Shown here: in pieces, positions 63,456 to 64,000 of the stretch
Numbering within the stretch: the first letter of the stretch is position 1
How the letters are laid out: each line of letters opens with the position of its first letter
Assembly (NCBI GenBank): GCA_904063045.1
Contig: CAJFCJ010000013.1
Span: 1,594,156 to 1,658,155 of the forward strand
Origin: Dimorphilus gyrociliatus
Lineage: Eukaryota; Animalia; Annelida
Length of the DNA: 64,000 nucleotides
Direction of reading: 5' to 3'
Notes under the pieces: generated by a model
Databases searched by the model: none
Told to the model about the DNA's origin: nothing
What the model saw: the letters and a program-made list of their open reading frames with translations, nothing else
Made by a program: the position numbers and the translations under genes

Positions 63456-64000
63456 CAGTTAAAAATGAACTCTTAAAAAAAGCACTAATTTCAAGCCAGT
63501 CAGTAAATATCGGCTTTTTACAACAACTTGAAGGGATATATTATACCTTATGTATGTATGTATAAGATTTGTTAATACAGTATTTCTATTAAATTAGTTA
63601 ACAGTAATATATCTTTGTCTTTATCATTATCAAGATAAGAAAAATAGAACGTAGCTTTTATAAGGTTACGGTCAAAAGTTGAATTTCACAAATCGTGTTT
63701 TCGTTGCGTATATCATCTATCTTCTTCCCTTTTACATTTGGACTTTGTATGACTTAAACGATTAAAATATAGATCGAAAACTGTAGAAGATGTACTCTTT
63801 GTTTAAACAAAGGTACAACTTCTTTACTAAATTATCAGTAGTTTGTTTCACTCTCTTGTCTCTTTAATGTTTTTCTAACAGTATTTCTTAGTTTTTACAC
63901 CTTCTTTGGCAACGCCCATTGTTTTACTATATAATAAACTGTTCAAAGTATCAGCCTACTAGATTATCGTATTTAAATTATTCTTAGTACTTGACTTTTA
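59031..64000 (+). CDS. Divergent ionotropic glutamate receptor-family gene (IR-like); 3' part lies beyond the window
   Basis: Signal peptide exon 59031-59091. S1: KPF...FGERLSPGVWSGVIGQV...LSITYDRSKDVSFTFPY. M1: FKYDVWAL. Pore and M3: FFLGSFWKQA...SSGRLVLSFWWLFIIMFTTVYSGMLMASLTV. The last visible coding exon ends near 63006. Confidence 0.88.
60639..60691. repeat. Compound (CCT)n(TCT)n triplet repeat in an ionotropic receptor intron
   Basis: Pure-pyrimidine triplet run read directly. Confidence 0.93.

Noticed and set aside
1-64000. Prokaryotic features (operons, CRISPR arrays, IS elements) and intact transposase or reverse-transcriptase ORFs
   Set aside because: None were seen; the sequence is spliceosomal-intron-rich eukaryotic DNA, and all long ORFs are accounted for by host genes.

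Overview
AT-rich, intron-dense, very compact animal (eukaryotic) genomic DNA with many introns of about 45-80 nt. By inference it is a small-genome invertebrate; the architecture resembles a miniaturised annelid such as Dimorphilus, but this is unverified. By manual splicing I can support 16 protein-coding genes in order: NLK 3' end (+), RPLP2 (-), RNF10 (+), MED21 (+), a kinase-less CSK-like SH3-SH2 gene (-), a CHD3/4/5-derived chromodomain/SNF2 gene with dead ATPase motifs (+), an SLC10-family transporter (-), an LRR protein (+), MADD (-), a tetraspanin (+), a yippee-like gene absent from the ORF track (-), an iodothyronine deiodinase-like selenoprotein (+), a small secreted pro-peptide (+), two tandem neprilysin-like (M13) genes lacking HExxH (+), and a divergent ionotropic-receptor gene running off the right edge (+). 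The best-supported hidden signal is UGA recoding in the deiodinase: two ORF-track fragments join through an in-frame TGA in the SCT-U-PPF motif, with a form-2 SECIS in the 3' UTR. Other highlights are four catalytically disabled paralogues, an unrecognised disulfide-loop peptide precursor, duplicated alternative terminal exons and microexon candidates in MADD, and dispersed TA-CAG-TA/TA-CTG-TA interruptions of (TA)n runs that match Tc1/mariner excision footprints. I found no tRNA, rRNA, CRISPR array or intact transposon. Splice models are hand-made and unverified by transcripts.
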